From Fimbriosthenelais zetlandica (taxonomy: Eukaryota), in the NCBI GenBank assembly GCA_977030845.1, contig OZ365114.1, positions 14,260,001 through 14,324,000 on the forward strand: DNA of 64,000 bases, read 5' to 3'. How positions within the stretch are numbered: the stretch's first letter is position 1; the number at the start of each line of letters is the position of its first letter. The notes beneath the pieces were generated by a model. The model searched no databases, was not told the origin of the DNA, and saw nothing but the letters and a program-made list of their open reading frames with translations. This document shows positions 1-11,467 of the stretch, piece after piece. Made by a program: the position numbers and the translations under genes.

Positions 1-599
1 ATCTGAGTATCAAGATACATAAAAGTGTGTCTATTGTTGAGTTTCTTCCTGTAGATATGGTGTATTAGTTATAGGAAGTAAGAATTGTTTTTAGTCATCA
101 ATATTTATTAACACATTGTACCATCAAGAATCCGGAAAAAGAAGGGCTAAGAAAGTAGGAAATATGCAGTGATACACTCCAGATCTAGGCACTGAATATC
201 AAATCATATGATGTACATTTGCCTTTGTATTTGGATCTGGAGATATACAGTATTTATCATTATGAATATTCGTACGGAACGAACATACATCTTACCATCC
301 ATAGACTCTGACACGAAGCATTAAAAATTGAATTGTTAAAGTTTGAAGAGCATTAGAGCTGAGTTTTTGTTGGCGTGTGTAGGTTGTAATGGTGGTATTG
401 TGTGTCTATGTGCTTGTTGTCATTATGTATGGTAGAATAGCGTGCTTGTGAGTCGTTATCATCAGTCATCTATCACTTGATAACACCCGTGAGGATTAAA
501 CCCCACCATAACGATAGATCACCACTCACACTCACATCATCATCATTACCATGCTATAATAATGTTAAAATTATACTAAAACATCGCGCCCCCTCGCTT

Positions 600-865
600 T
601 CTTTATTTCTGGTCTATGATCTTCTCCCCCATCTCATTACTCTCCCTCTCTATCTGTTCTCTCTCTTCAACCTCTCTGTATCTCAGTCTTCTCTCGCTCT
701 CTGACTCTCTTTCTCACTTTGACTCTCGCTCTCTGACTCTTGACTCTTCTCTGACTCTCACTCAGTGTTTCTCCGTCGCCTTTCACTCTCTGTCTCTGTC
801 TCCCCATCTCTCTTTCTCTCTTTCCATGTCCCTCTTTCCCTCTCTTCCCCTCTCTCTTCCCACTC
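600..865. repeat. CT-rich low-complexity tract
   Basis: Degenerate (CT)n; source of the spurious S/L-rich ORFs. Confidence 0.9.
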
Positions 866-2552
866 ACTGACTCAGGTCTATGCTATTCTTTCATCGGATC
901 CTGGAAATATTTCCAATTCTCATAAACAAAAAAGAGCCTTGGATTAATATTCACCTATAATTAATCTACGTAATGTTTTACGGGCGTAAAAATGTTCTGA
1001 ATTGAATTGAAGCATTTTATTGAGAGGGAACATTAAATGCTCCCACAATGAGCTAATACTCGTCAGTCAGAGAATGAGCCCCTTACTCCTCAATGTGAAC
1101 ATCGCATGTCTGTCAGAGTCATTAATAATTCAAGCCAGTACTTGTAGTCCACTACTAACTTATGTCAGAACATGGCTCAGAAACGTGAAGTACAAAATGT
1201 CCAAACCTGTTAATTTAACCCCTAGCTTGTAGTGGTATCTTTGCTTTCAATTTAAACTTTGCAAGAAAGAAAGATATATATTGTTCTGATTACCTTATAA
1301 GAAGAAGGTCATGTCCTTCCAAGTACAATGCGTTCACTTGGAAATTTCTTGGTTGGACTCCCACCCCAGGCCTGCAGGGGAGGCTTTTTGGGCTCTGCCC
1401 CACCCTCTTCCCTCGAGGGTATTCCGTATAGCAAACCCTAGTCGGACCCCCAGGTGCAGGTGATTGATATGTTTCGCTACTATTTGGTGAAGTTTGAGTT
1501 GAAATCTTTCACAGAATTAATGGCAAAACTCGTCAAAATTTTGTTTCTTTTGAACTCACTTTAAATGAACTCAGGAAGTCCCAGAGTTAGGCGCAGATGA
1601 TTTTAGATAGGATTTTTTTGCGGGAAGCCTGGTCAGTACAAGCGTATCTAAAACTAGCAGAACCCTCCCCAAAGTAAACAAAATTAGGGGTAAATTTAAA
1701 TTTTTGGGGATCAGTTTGCCGAAAATGTCTGTGCATTAGCTCTCTAATCAGAGTTCTTCACTGAAGAGGTGATGCTCCTATTGAATGAACGAGTGCTGAA
1801 TTCCTTCTAATTGACACCCGCCTTTGTGCCTCATCCTAAGCCATCGGCTTGCCATAGCAGCAATATGATCAGCTTCGTCGTAATTAACACTTTGTCACTG
1901 GCTGCTTTTATCCCACCTGGAAGTGATGGGTACCAGTAGGGCATGTGTGTCATCTGCTGATAATATTCCTCCTGGGTGTCATAGCTTTCTCCAGGGGGAA
2001 GTGGGGATAGGTGAGAGGGAGAAGGGAGAGTGTGGAGGGAAGGGGTGTGGTCCTCCAGGCCTGTCTTTAAGCTGGTCATTAGGGGGTAGGATTAACCGCA
2101 TGGATTGCGGGCTGGGCGATTGAGGATTACCTCCAGAAAGTAATGAAACCGTGGAGATGGGTGGAGGGGGAGGGGGAAGTGAGAGGGGGAGGCCAAGTGA
2201 GGGAGAGATCCAGGGGGTCGGTTTGTGGGGTGTCACCCCCCTGTAAAAATGGTGACAAAAAGTAGAATTATCATTCGAAATAAAAATAGAATCAATTATT
2301 TCATCGGATAGTTTGAATATTTACGAATTAGTTAAAAGTAATTGGAAAGATATGTTGATTTCTATTAATTTACGCTTGCATTAATTTTGTGTTATGCCCT
2401 TTGAATCTATTAACTGCATGGTATTCTTGCATGTTATCCTACCCTTCTAATATCCATATGCTTTATAATATTCCTCCTAACCTTTTAATTTTAAAAAAAA
2501 CTTATAAAGCGATTCATTTGTTTAAATTCTTCTATTTTCCTCATTTTTCTAG

Positions 2553-2693
2553 ACCCGTGTCCGCGGTAGCAAATCTGAGAACAACTTTGAGGATGCGCTG
2601 AGGTCATCCTCCCTGACGGAGGAACAGAACGGTGGCGGGTCGATGTCCTACCCAGCTTCACCCATGAGTCCGGACGAGAAGGTCCCACTATGA
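2553..2693 (+). CDS. Probable last coding exon of an unidentified plus-strand gene whose upstream exons were not found in the window
   Basis: Strong acceptor ttttcctcatttttctag followed by a GC-rich open frame TRVRGSKSENNFEDALRSSSLTEEQNGGGSMSYPASPMSPDEKVPL*. Downstream sequence is T-rich and UTR-like with AATAAA at 2922, ~4993 and ~5440. Protein not recognised. Confidence 0.55.
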   Translation, partial: TRVRGSKSENNFEDALRSSSLTEEQNGGGSMSYPASPMSPDEKVPL

Positions 2694-3701
2694 AGAGCCT
2701 AAACACAACATCACCTCCTCCTCCTCATCCTCTTCTGAGAAGGGAAGGTTAGAAGGAAGGGGAGGAGAAGAAGGGAGAATAGAGGCTCATAACACCACAC
2801 AAACAGCCATTCCTGAACTCTACTAGAACACTCTATAATGGTCAATGCTAACTTAACAAGTTCCATTCTTAACAAGAATGGGTCACAAATACAGGGCAAT
2901 CACCATGTCCCGTAAAAAACAAATAAAGGCTCATAAATTGTGTGATTTTTCTTAAATAACAATCTTAGGGGGTCTTCATTTTTATATTAATTGTAAAAAA
3001 GAGAGGTATACAACTGCTTCGATCTCGTGAAAAATGCTTGATGTGTCAAGTGAAATTTTTCCCTGCATATGGCTTCAGAGATATGCAGATTGAAAGTTGA
3101 GAGAGGAGGAGAGAAGTTAGTACTCGATATATATGGTGATATTTTTACTATTAACTGGTTTGTTAACTTGTAATTGGGGACGGGACTCTTTTGAATTTGA
3201 TAATAAGTGGTGTGAGCTTGACGCTATGTTGAATACTGTGGTATGGGGGACCTATAGAAAGAATCGTCCATTTTTGATGCGGTATAGTCGTGAACTAATG
3301 CAACACATGGATTTAGTTTCCATGTTTTCCTCCTTTGTTTCTGTGAAAAGAAAAACGTAGAGATGCAAGTAAATTTTCTTTCAGTTTCGAAAGGGACGTA
3401 TCATCACTCAATATGTATAGATCTATATATCTGACGGTGTAAAAAAAAAAATAGCGAAAATTGGTGGAGTATTTTAGAACTCATTCAGGTGCTTTTCGAT
3501 AAGATATTTAATTTTGACGATGGTGTTTAGATTCCCGTTGCATCGATGGCCCTTTCTCACATTTAATTGTATTGTTATGTGTCATTAAGGTTTATGCTGG
3601 TCGTTACCATGCGTTGCTGTATATTACTGGTTAGTTCTTAAGTACTGTACTTGTGCTTGGAAAAATTGTCACTTTTGCTAGCGAAATGTGGTTGATTCAT
3701 T

Positions 3702-3872
3702 GAGGTCTTAAGGGCGTAAGACAGCTCTTACACCATTCCTACGGACAGGGTTCTTAAGAATCGTTAAGTGGTTAAGATTACACAGAAGGATGAAGAATTT
3801 AACATCAATTTGATTCTGTTGGGGGGATTGTTTAAAGGTGTCTTAGAACTTCGTTACGACTCTTAAGACCTC
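3702..3872. mobile_element. Small MITE-like element with inverted ends
   Basis: gaggtcttaagggcgtaa (3702) is inverted against ttacgactcttaagacctc (ends 3872). Confidence 0.4.
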
Positions 3873-5824
3873 CTTAAGACCCATCGGATCATCCTCTAAG
3901 GTGTTGACTGTTCTGTTGATCAATGTATACTATTAATGTATATGGTAAGGATTTAAGAGAGGGTGTGTTGAAGGGATTTATGCAACTCTTCTTGCGGTAT
4001 GATTATAATAATAGAAAACAAGTATTCGTCCAACTTTGACCGTTTGGATCCATCTGAAAACTGTCTGTACTAACCTAGGAGATCTTTTGTTGAATTTACT
4101 GACATGCATATGAATAATGATTAACTAGTATCGTCTTAATATAATTTGTAATTCCCATGTTTTTCCTAATTCTTGTTGCTGATTACTTATAAGGTCGACA
4201 CCTTTCTCTGCAGATCTGATTTCGCAACCAAATAACTTTGGGATTTTTCTTTCATTTTAACTTATGTTTTAATGTTATCTTTTTAACATTCTTGGTATTA
4301 TTTGTTGGGGATTTAGGTAAAAAATTTATTTTCATTTTGACAGAATTGAAAACCAAAATTCGCTTCAACTTTCTTCAAAGAAACTGTATATACATGTACA
4401 ATGTTTAAAATAGACTGACATGACATGACTTATGTCCATGATGAAAAAAAGACTTCTCCAAAATCTTTCCAGGTGTCTAGGTGTTAGGTATACCATCCTT
4501 GATAATTAGTTGAACGCAGGATGGGTAACATCGAAGGTTCCAGAATATGTGTTGTCTCACTGGATTTGTCCAAATGTTAGCACACACTGTGGTCTCTTCA
4601 ATTAGGCGGCCGTTTATTATTATATACTAATACAATAGTATGTCTACATACATGTTGTGTGTAACATACTCATGTTCCAATCTCTCGTATCACAGAATTA
4701 CTCCTAAGACACTTGTGGACATGAACAAAAGCATTTGCTCTGACTGCTTTTGGAATAGCTCCCTGGGAGGCCTCACAATATGAGTGGCCCTTGCTCTGGG
4801 GATATAAAATATATATCTCTTTTACTTCTGTATCGTTATTCACCTAATTCATATATTTGGTCTGGCGGTATATATATTATATTATTATTATAGAAGCACA
4901 CTTCACCAGATGATCTATATTTTCATCAGAAGAAAATTGGGGACAACTTAGACTAGTATGTACAAGTTTTGAAGGTTTATTTAACATCTATGAATAAATT
5001 AAGGCAGAGGAATTTTAGCACGGGATGGATCAGTCAGTTGCTGTGGTTATACATACTATTCCAAACAAAAGGGTGGGCTTCCAACAGAATGGTATTATAT
5101 TATTCCTGAAATAATATATGTTAGTATCCATCTTTTAAAGGGAAGTGAGGTGATTGATTTTGAAATAATTCAAAGAAAGTTAACTAGATCTATGTAATTA
5201 AAAGGTTAAGGCAACGGTTGCTATAGTTGTGTTCTATACGTGTGAAGTAAGTATGAGGACAACTATTATATAATGTTCAAGAACATTCCTTATAATTAAA
5301 ATTATTATGTATACATTGTTTAATTATTGTTAAAGGTAAATTATTATTAATAGAAATTATAAACTGACGCTTTCTCATCAAACATAAACTCTTAAAATGG
5401 CCTGTATCGTGGTACCATATTGCATGCATCATTTGAAATAAATAAAATACAAGTTTGTTGAAAGTAACCCAAGAAATAGGGTCAGGTAGCTTCACCTATA
5501 CATTTTGAGTTCTATAGTTAGGGTTGGGGCACTTTCTGTATGTATCTCTATCGAAAAAGAAATGAAAAAATTCATATACATTTATATGTGCATCACCTTT
5601 TGTCGGTGCTGGGATATAGGTTATGATATCGATTACGAAAAAGAATCGATTTCACGAAAAAGCTTTGTATATAATATGGGCCTTTGATGTTGATCAGATT
5701 AACTGTAGAATATCTGTTCTTCTATTGAAACAGACTGAACTCTGTTAAATCTGACGAAAATGCAAAGCTTTATTGTATTTTTACAAATAATTATTAAACT
5801 AGTTATGTAATGCCGTAGAAGATA

Positions 5825-6640
5825 ATTCCTAATATAAAAAGCCATGCTTTATTTCCAGTGAAATAAGGACTTTATAACCGTACTGACAAGCAAGCTGAAC
5901 GTTCTAATGATACTCTGGAAACCTAAGATTAAGAAAGAATGTAAACTTGTGATTGTAAATTGGATTCGAACTTTGTGTTCTGAAGGATGCATACATAATG
6001 TAAGCCTACTGCCTGTCTGTTTCTTTTTGGAGAATAAAATAATTGATCCATGAACATTATATGTATGTTTGTAAATAATTTTCATTGAAAGATCTATTAT
6101 TATTAAATGTAGATAATAGAGCAAATATGGACAGTCGTTGCTGAAGCCTTTCAATCAACTCCTTGTCACTGACAGCGCCATATCATGGTAACGGACATCA
6201 CGGTCAAGAACTCAACAAATCAACCTAGGACTAGTGGATTGTTACTGAGATCATGTTAACGTTTATTGTCCTTTCTGCCCTTTTAAGTTCCATTTCTGTC
6301 TTCATGTCTTTCTGCTAGGTTTACCATTTAGCATTGCAGGCCTACTCTATGGAAGCAGAAGTGACCCCAGATATGCAGCGGCAAAAAGATGAACTACGCT
6401 GCTATGATATCGCCAACGCTTTGCATTCTGTACCCGGCTTGAGACTCCACGAAGTGACTGGCGTCAGCTAGATGTGAATGGACAGAGTTGGACATCGATT
6501 CTCAATATAGATTTTGTTGAAAATGCTTCAGTCACGGTCTCAGACGCCCAGACCCAGGGCCGTAGGACCAGCTGCGGTTGTACGCCATGCTTGCGTTGGA
6601 ACGGTTTGACGTATTTAACGCCTGTGTTTTACTGTTTTCA
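5825..6640 (-). ncRNA. Possible divergent spliced transcript from the same promoter
   Basis: Minus-strand donor G|GTAAAC near 6324, acceptor ctttcttaatcttag near 5922 and AATAAA near 5848-5853; carries an inverted copy of the plus-strand exon-2 sequence. Confidence 0.3.
6444..6566 (-). repeat. Copy 1 (inverted) of an element also present at 7650-7763 and partly at 8440-8471
   Basis: Reverse complement of 6444-6504 matches 7703-7763 at 56/61 nt; a 32-nt block cctacggccct...gtctgagaccg matches copy 2 at 29/32 and copy 3 at 30/32. Confidence 0.85.
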
Positions 6641-6680
6641 CATCTACTTCCGGTAAAATGTCCGCCATCTTTCTTATGCC
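6640..6680. promoter_or_regulatory. Putative bidirectional housekeeping-type promoter (ETS + YY1 motifs)
   Basis: cttccgg (ETS-like) next to ccgccatctt (reverse strand AAGATGGCGG, the YY1 consensus) in a CpG-enriched patch; strong first-exon donor AAG|GTGAGT at 6762/6763. Confidence 0.55.
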
Positions 6681-8600
6681 TTTATGGCCACTCCTTGTGA
6701 TAAAAACCTGGTTAGAACTTGTTTATTCACCGTTTAGCAGCCGCTTCTTCCCTTCATTTAAGGTGAGTCTAACTAAACAAATGATTGATATGTGTAGTTA
6801 GTGCTTTTGTGTAGTAACGTTACCGTATTAGACTTATAAGTTATATATATCTGTTGTTTAAAGCCGAGAAACCTCGGTGCTGTTGCCGTGTTGGGAATGT
6901 CATGCCACATGTGTCTATACTATAGTCTATAGACTATACCTAGTACATGTAGTACTAATTGTCATACCTTACATTACTCATTAGGCTTGGCCTGCCATCG
7001 GCTATCATCCTCCGTCACAGTTTTCCCCTAAACTGCCATGGCCACCGCTGTCTTGCAAGTCTGTGTATGTGACAAACGTTTTCGTGTTTTATCAATTGAT
7101 CATTTATCAATGTCTTCTCCATTATCATGACATAAAATTATTTAATGAGTTTGACGTGACATGATGATGACATGGCATTGGGAAGGGTGTTCTGGTACCC
7201 GTAACAATGCATTCAGAGATGTAATATTAGTTAGCTAGACTAGCAGATATATGGGAAGTAGGCCTAATCCATTGCCATATATACTGTAATAGAGAAATAG
7301 GTTATTGTTCATCGTTCTTTAAAAAAAAAAACTTTTGTCGGATTTTATTGGTGGATATATAAATATCTGTGTAAACGTAATTTTTTTCAAATCTAGACAT
7401 GAAAAAACTGACAAAAAGCCTGTGTCTTTAGTACGGTAGGTGATAATCGTGATATCCATGACGGTTTAGTACGGTATCAATATAAGACAAAATTAAAATT
7501 CTGGCACTGTAGAATATTATACATCTTAAATCAAATACATGTCGTCAGTGATTAATTGTCTGAATTTAAAATTGAGCTTTTATTCATTCCATTTTCAGGT
7601 GTCTCATTGGCTTCCTGTCAGAAACCTGGACTTGGGGGCTGCGGCTTGCCCTACGGCCCTGGGTCTCGGGGTCTGAGAACGTTTCCAAAGAAATTCTAGG
7701 GCTGAGAATCGATGCCCAACTCTGTCCACTCACATCTAGCTGATGTCAATCACTTCGTGGAGTTTCAGCTTCCAGGCAAACTGCATGCATGGTGAGCTTC
7801 CTTCAGAAATATTTCAATTACATTTATGTGCTATCTTAGAATACTTTTCTGTTGGCGGAATTCCTTTTTGAATTATAAAAATTAACATATTCTTTATTCT
7901 TTCTTTTCAGGCTATATATGCAGTCTACTCACTTGAGGCTACCCCATTCATTTATAGAATTGACAGCTTGAAGACAGACTCGTTATTGAAGGTGAGCATC
8001 CTTATAATAAACCTTGCAATACAATTTCTCTGTCAGTTAATGGATTAAGCCCTTTGCATAATTAAATGAAGAGGATTGTTTCTGTTCTGGGAGGGAGATA
8101 GCTGTAGAAATGGGCGAATTAGAGGGGAGGGTGTGGGTGGGTTCGTGTGAATCGATCATTTATATTGTACATGTAATTTAGAATTGAGGACAATCAAGGT
8201 GTTATCAATCTTTACAATTTTTTATCTTCAAAATTAGCATTCAACTATCGTTTAGAATTAGATTTCCATATTACTGATGGGACATATTTAATTTACATTG
8301 CAATTATGTCATCTATCGACCCTAAACAGATTGCTGAATTATTACTCTATATGTTTTTATTCATTCTATATTTCCAGGTGCCCAGTTGACTTCCTGTAAG
8401 CAGCGGTGAAGAAACCTGGACCTGGGGACTGCGGCTTGTCCTACGGCCCTCGGTCTGGGGGTCTGAGACCGTATGAAGAGATGCCCTTTTTATCTACCGA
8501 ACACCAGACGAAGTGACGTAACGTCTACGACGGTTACAAGCATTTAGTCAGTTTAGTTAGCCCACACAAGGTCAAAGACAGGTTCTTGAAATTAGTATTT
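6670..8600 (+). ncRNA. Putative spliced lncRNA: exons ~6670-6762, 7599-7791, 7911-7991, 8378-(3' end uncertain)
   Basis: Donors GTGAGT/GTGAGC/GTGAGC and pyrimidine-rich acceptors (attttcag, ttcttttcag, tttccag); no long ORF when all four exons are joined. Confidence 0.5.
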
Positions 8601-8679
8601 ATTCAGTATTAGTATTTTTATCCCACTATATTATTGTACTTATTTAATATCCGATTGATTTAATATCAAAAGGTTGTAG

Positions 8680-10060
8680 CTCTGAAGAAGTCAGCGATTA
8701 TTATTTTAGATTAAGTATTAATTTAATTCATTCTTGTTGACATCAGAGTGTTGGAGTTTCGGAATTTAATGTTGACAGTTAAGACAGTGGAAACTGGAAT
8801 TTCCAAAGTAATTACTATATGGAAGTAGACCTATTATCATATGTTATATTTATTTGATATTCAAAGTTAGACAGCAGAGCCTTTGATGTGCAAAGTCATT
8901 ATTTAGGTTTATTATTATAGGTTATATTTATTGATAATTGATTATTGCATAATTGAGTGAAGCTTTGCCAGGCACAGTCATTATTTAGATTTAGATTATA
9001 TTTTATTTAATATCAAATTAGTTAATGTCAGAGAGTTGTAGCTTTGACATACACAGTAATTATTTTAGATTAATTGTCATAGACTATTGATTTAATCAAG
9101 ATTTGGTTTATGTCACAGATTTTAATTAATTTAAAATTTGGAGTTCATAGTTTACGGTTAGTCAGCGCAAAGTAATTATTTACATCGGTTATATTTACTT
9201 CATTATTTTAATATGAGATTTGTTTAAAGTTAGACAGTAGAAACTTGTATATATGGAAACTAATTATCATAGATTATACATATTTACTTCAGATTTGTTT
9301 AATCATAGGTAACTTTGGTGAAATGAGTTTCAAATCACAGATATTTTTTTGATAAGTGACTTTTCGAAAACCAAAAATTTAAATCAAATTTTACACAAGC
9401 CGTCAAGCAGAATATAAGGACATGTTATAGGTCATTTTGTTTGGATACTTGATTTATAGTTAGCCCATTTTCGACCCGGAGAGACATGCGACTCATTTCA
9501 CCAAAATTAGATCACATTATTTATTTCAAGTATGTTTGATACACATATCAAATAATGTCACTTATCTGGATGTTAGATTGCTGATTGTAATGTCAAAAAT
9601 GGTGGCCCCCCGCCTCTCTCCCTCTCCCCTTCCCATATCCCTTCCATCTCCCTCTCACTACCGGTATCTTCTCTTTTCCTTCTGTTAATATTTATAGAGT
9701 TATAGTTTCAAAATTTAAAGTTCATAGTTTAAATTTAGACAGTGGAAACTGGGATTTCTAAAGTAATTATTTTATAGAAGTAGACCTATTATCTTATGTT
9801 ATATTTATTTGATATTTAATGTTAGATAGAGACTTTGATGTGCAAAGTAATTACTTAGATTTATTATCATAGGTTATATTTACTTGATAATTGAATATTG
9901 ATTTGTTAATGTCAGAGAATTTACATCAGCATTTCATCGTTTAAAGTTAGATAGCGTGAAGTAATTATTAACATAGGTTATAATATTATACTTCATAATA
10001 TTTATATGAAATTTGTTTAGAGTTAGACAGTGGAAACTTGTATTATGGAAAGTAATTACT
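8680..10060. repeat. Degenerate AT-rich tandem array, ~11 units of ~80-115 bp, interrupted at ~9311-9680
   Basis: Recurrent anchors aaagtaattat, ataggttatattt and aagttagacagtggaaact; ~9730-9890 is a close direct copy of ~8780-8940. Confidence 0.8.
9311..9508. mobile_element. MITE-like insertion inside the AT-rich array
   Basis: aactttggtgaaatgagt (9311-9328) is inverted against actcatttcaccaaaatt (9491-9508), 17/18 match. Confidence 0.55.
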
Positions 10061-10602
10061 GATCATTTTTGCATCTCCCACTCCCCACCCCGCCCGCACC
10101 CCATCCCCCCGCACCCACCTAACCCATTTCCCATCTCTTCCCCTTCCCACTTCCCTGGAAGGTCAACCTGAGGAGGGACTTAAACTCAGCAGTCGGATCA
10201 CTTCTGATTCTGACTTAGTTCTCTTGTTAAGATGTTCTACACTTTTGATTACTTTTTTATTCCGCCCTTAGGGGCAGTCTATCCCTCTATCTATACCCCA
10301 GCCTTTTTTTTCCGTTCGTCTGAATGGTGACCAGATGTTAATTAACGCACCCGGCCTTTGGACTCTTGCCGTATGCCCCTGACAGGGTAGTATGAGTTCA
10401 CTATCCAGCTCTGTGCACTGGGGGTCTCTGACCTCCCCCCTGAGAACTAGGGGATTATAAACTGGATTATTTACTCCACGGGCGACCTGGAGGTTAGCTG
10501 TGCTTTTGGGTACCGTGGCCATTAACCGGAGTACCTCGATGTCCCATGCGATAGTTGGGATCCTGGAACGTCCTACCTTACCCTCCTAATACCCCTACCC
10601 CT

Positions 10603-10658
10603 GAGCGAGGGTAATACTAGTGGCGCCATTAGTGGCGCCACTAGTATTACCCTCGCTC
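10603..10658. repeat. 56-bp palindrome with perfect 26-bp arms and a TTAG centre
   Basis: gagcgagggtaatactagtggcgcca-ttag-tggcgccactagtattaccctcgctc. Confidence 0.95.
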
Positions 10659-10759
10659 GCCACAAGGGGCATTACTCTTGTACTCTAATTAAAGGTCAAA
10701 TAAAATGCAACAAACAAATATTTCAATCTCTTGTTCTTTATTCATATCATGAGGCCTGT

Positions 10760-11165
10760 ACCCGCTGGTCCTCCTACCACGCTGCTCCTTCCTCCTTCCA
10801 CCGCGCTGCTCCTACCCTGTTCCTCCTACCACCCTGCTCCCTGCTCCTACCTTCCTCCATTACCCCGCTAGGCTGCCTCCACTTCCCATACATGCCACCA
10901 GGGGCCCCCTCCCCCTCCGACCGCGCTGCTCGATCCCCCTTCTACCGCGCTGCTCCTCCTACCTGGCTGGGCATTCCTCTTATATATCATTACCCCGCTA
11001 GGCCTACCTCTACTTCCCATACATGCCACCAGGGCCCCCACCCCTTGACTAACCCTAACCCTTCCTGAGTGCCCTGCCCCACCCCAACTTTATTCCCCAT
11101 ACATTAGACTATTCCGATACCCCGCTAGGCGTCCCTCACTATTTCCCATACATACCACTAGGCCT
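10760..11165. repeat. C-rich strand-skewed repeats (three copies of taccccgctaggc...ttcccatacat.ccac plus ccgcgctgctcc motifs)
   Basis: Copies at ~10861, ~10991 and ~11118; a TAACCC dimer at ~11050. Confidence 0.7.
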
Positions 11166-11214
11166 ATCACCCTGGATACGCGTTACTTCACTATTTCCTG
11201 AACTGTGAAAATGT

Positions 11215-11295
11215 TGACTTCGGTGGGGTTCGAACCCATGTTGGTGTGACCCTCTAAATGGGAGTCCAACACCATAACCACTCGGCCACTGAGTC
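11215..11295 (-). pseudogene. tRNA-Leu-like (long variable arm) sequence with CCC at the anticodon position, copy 1
   Basis: GACTCAG TG GCCG AGTGGTTATGG TG TTGGA CTCCCAT TTAGA GGGTCACACCAAC ATGGG TTCGAAC CCCAC CGAAGTC A followed by TTTT. A and B boxes are intact; acceptor stem pairs 5/7 and the anticodon stem is imperfect. Confidence 0.7.
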
Positions 11296-11386
11296 TGCTA
11301 TGGCTGAACAGGTGTATAACAAGTTCTTATACAAGAGGGGCAGTGACAGTATAGACCTAGCACTGTTGGAAAAGAAGTGAAAATGT

Positions 11387-11467
11387 TGACTTCGGTGGGA
11401 TTCGAACCCATGTTGGTGTGACCCTCTACATGGGAGTCCAACACCTTAAACACTCGGCCACTGAGTC
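11387..11467 (-). pseudogene. tRNA-Leu-like sequence with CCC at the anticodon position, copy 2
   Basis: 172-bp offset duplicate of copy 1 including flanks; the D-loop GG is altered (AGTGTTTAAGG); B box GGTTCGAATCC. Confidence 0.65.

Noticed and set aside
1927-2010. TM-like peptide GHVCHLLIIFLLGVIAFSR as an upstream exon of the 2553 gene
   Set aside because: Bounded by in-frame stops, with no polypyrimidine acceptor or phase-compatible donor.
2662-2682. Hammerhead-like atgagtccggacgaga
   Set aside because: Core CUGA and GAAA are both mutated, and it lies inside a probable coding exon.
7160-7230. C/D snoRNA in intron 1 of the putative lncRNA (ATGATGA box C)
   Set aside because: No CTGA box D or terminal stem at a suitable distance, so a snoRNA-host model is unsupported.
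11050-11061. Interstitial telomeric repeat
   Set aside because: Only two TAACCC units in a C-rich region, which is expected by chance.
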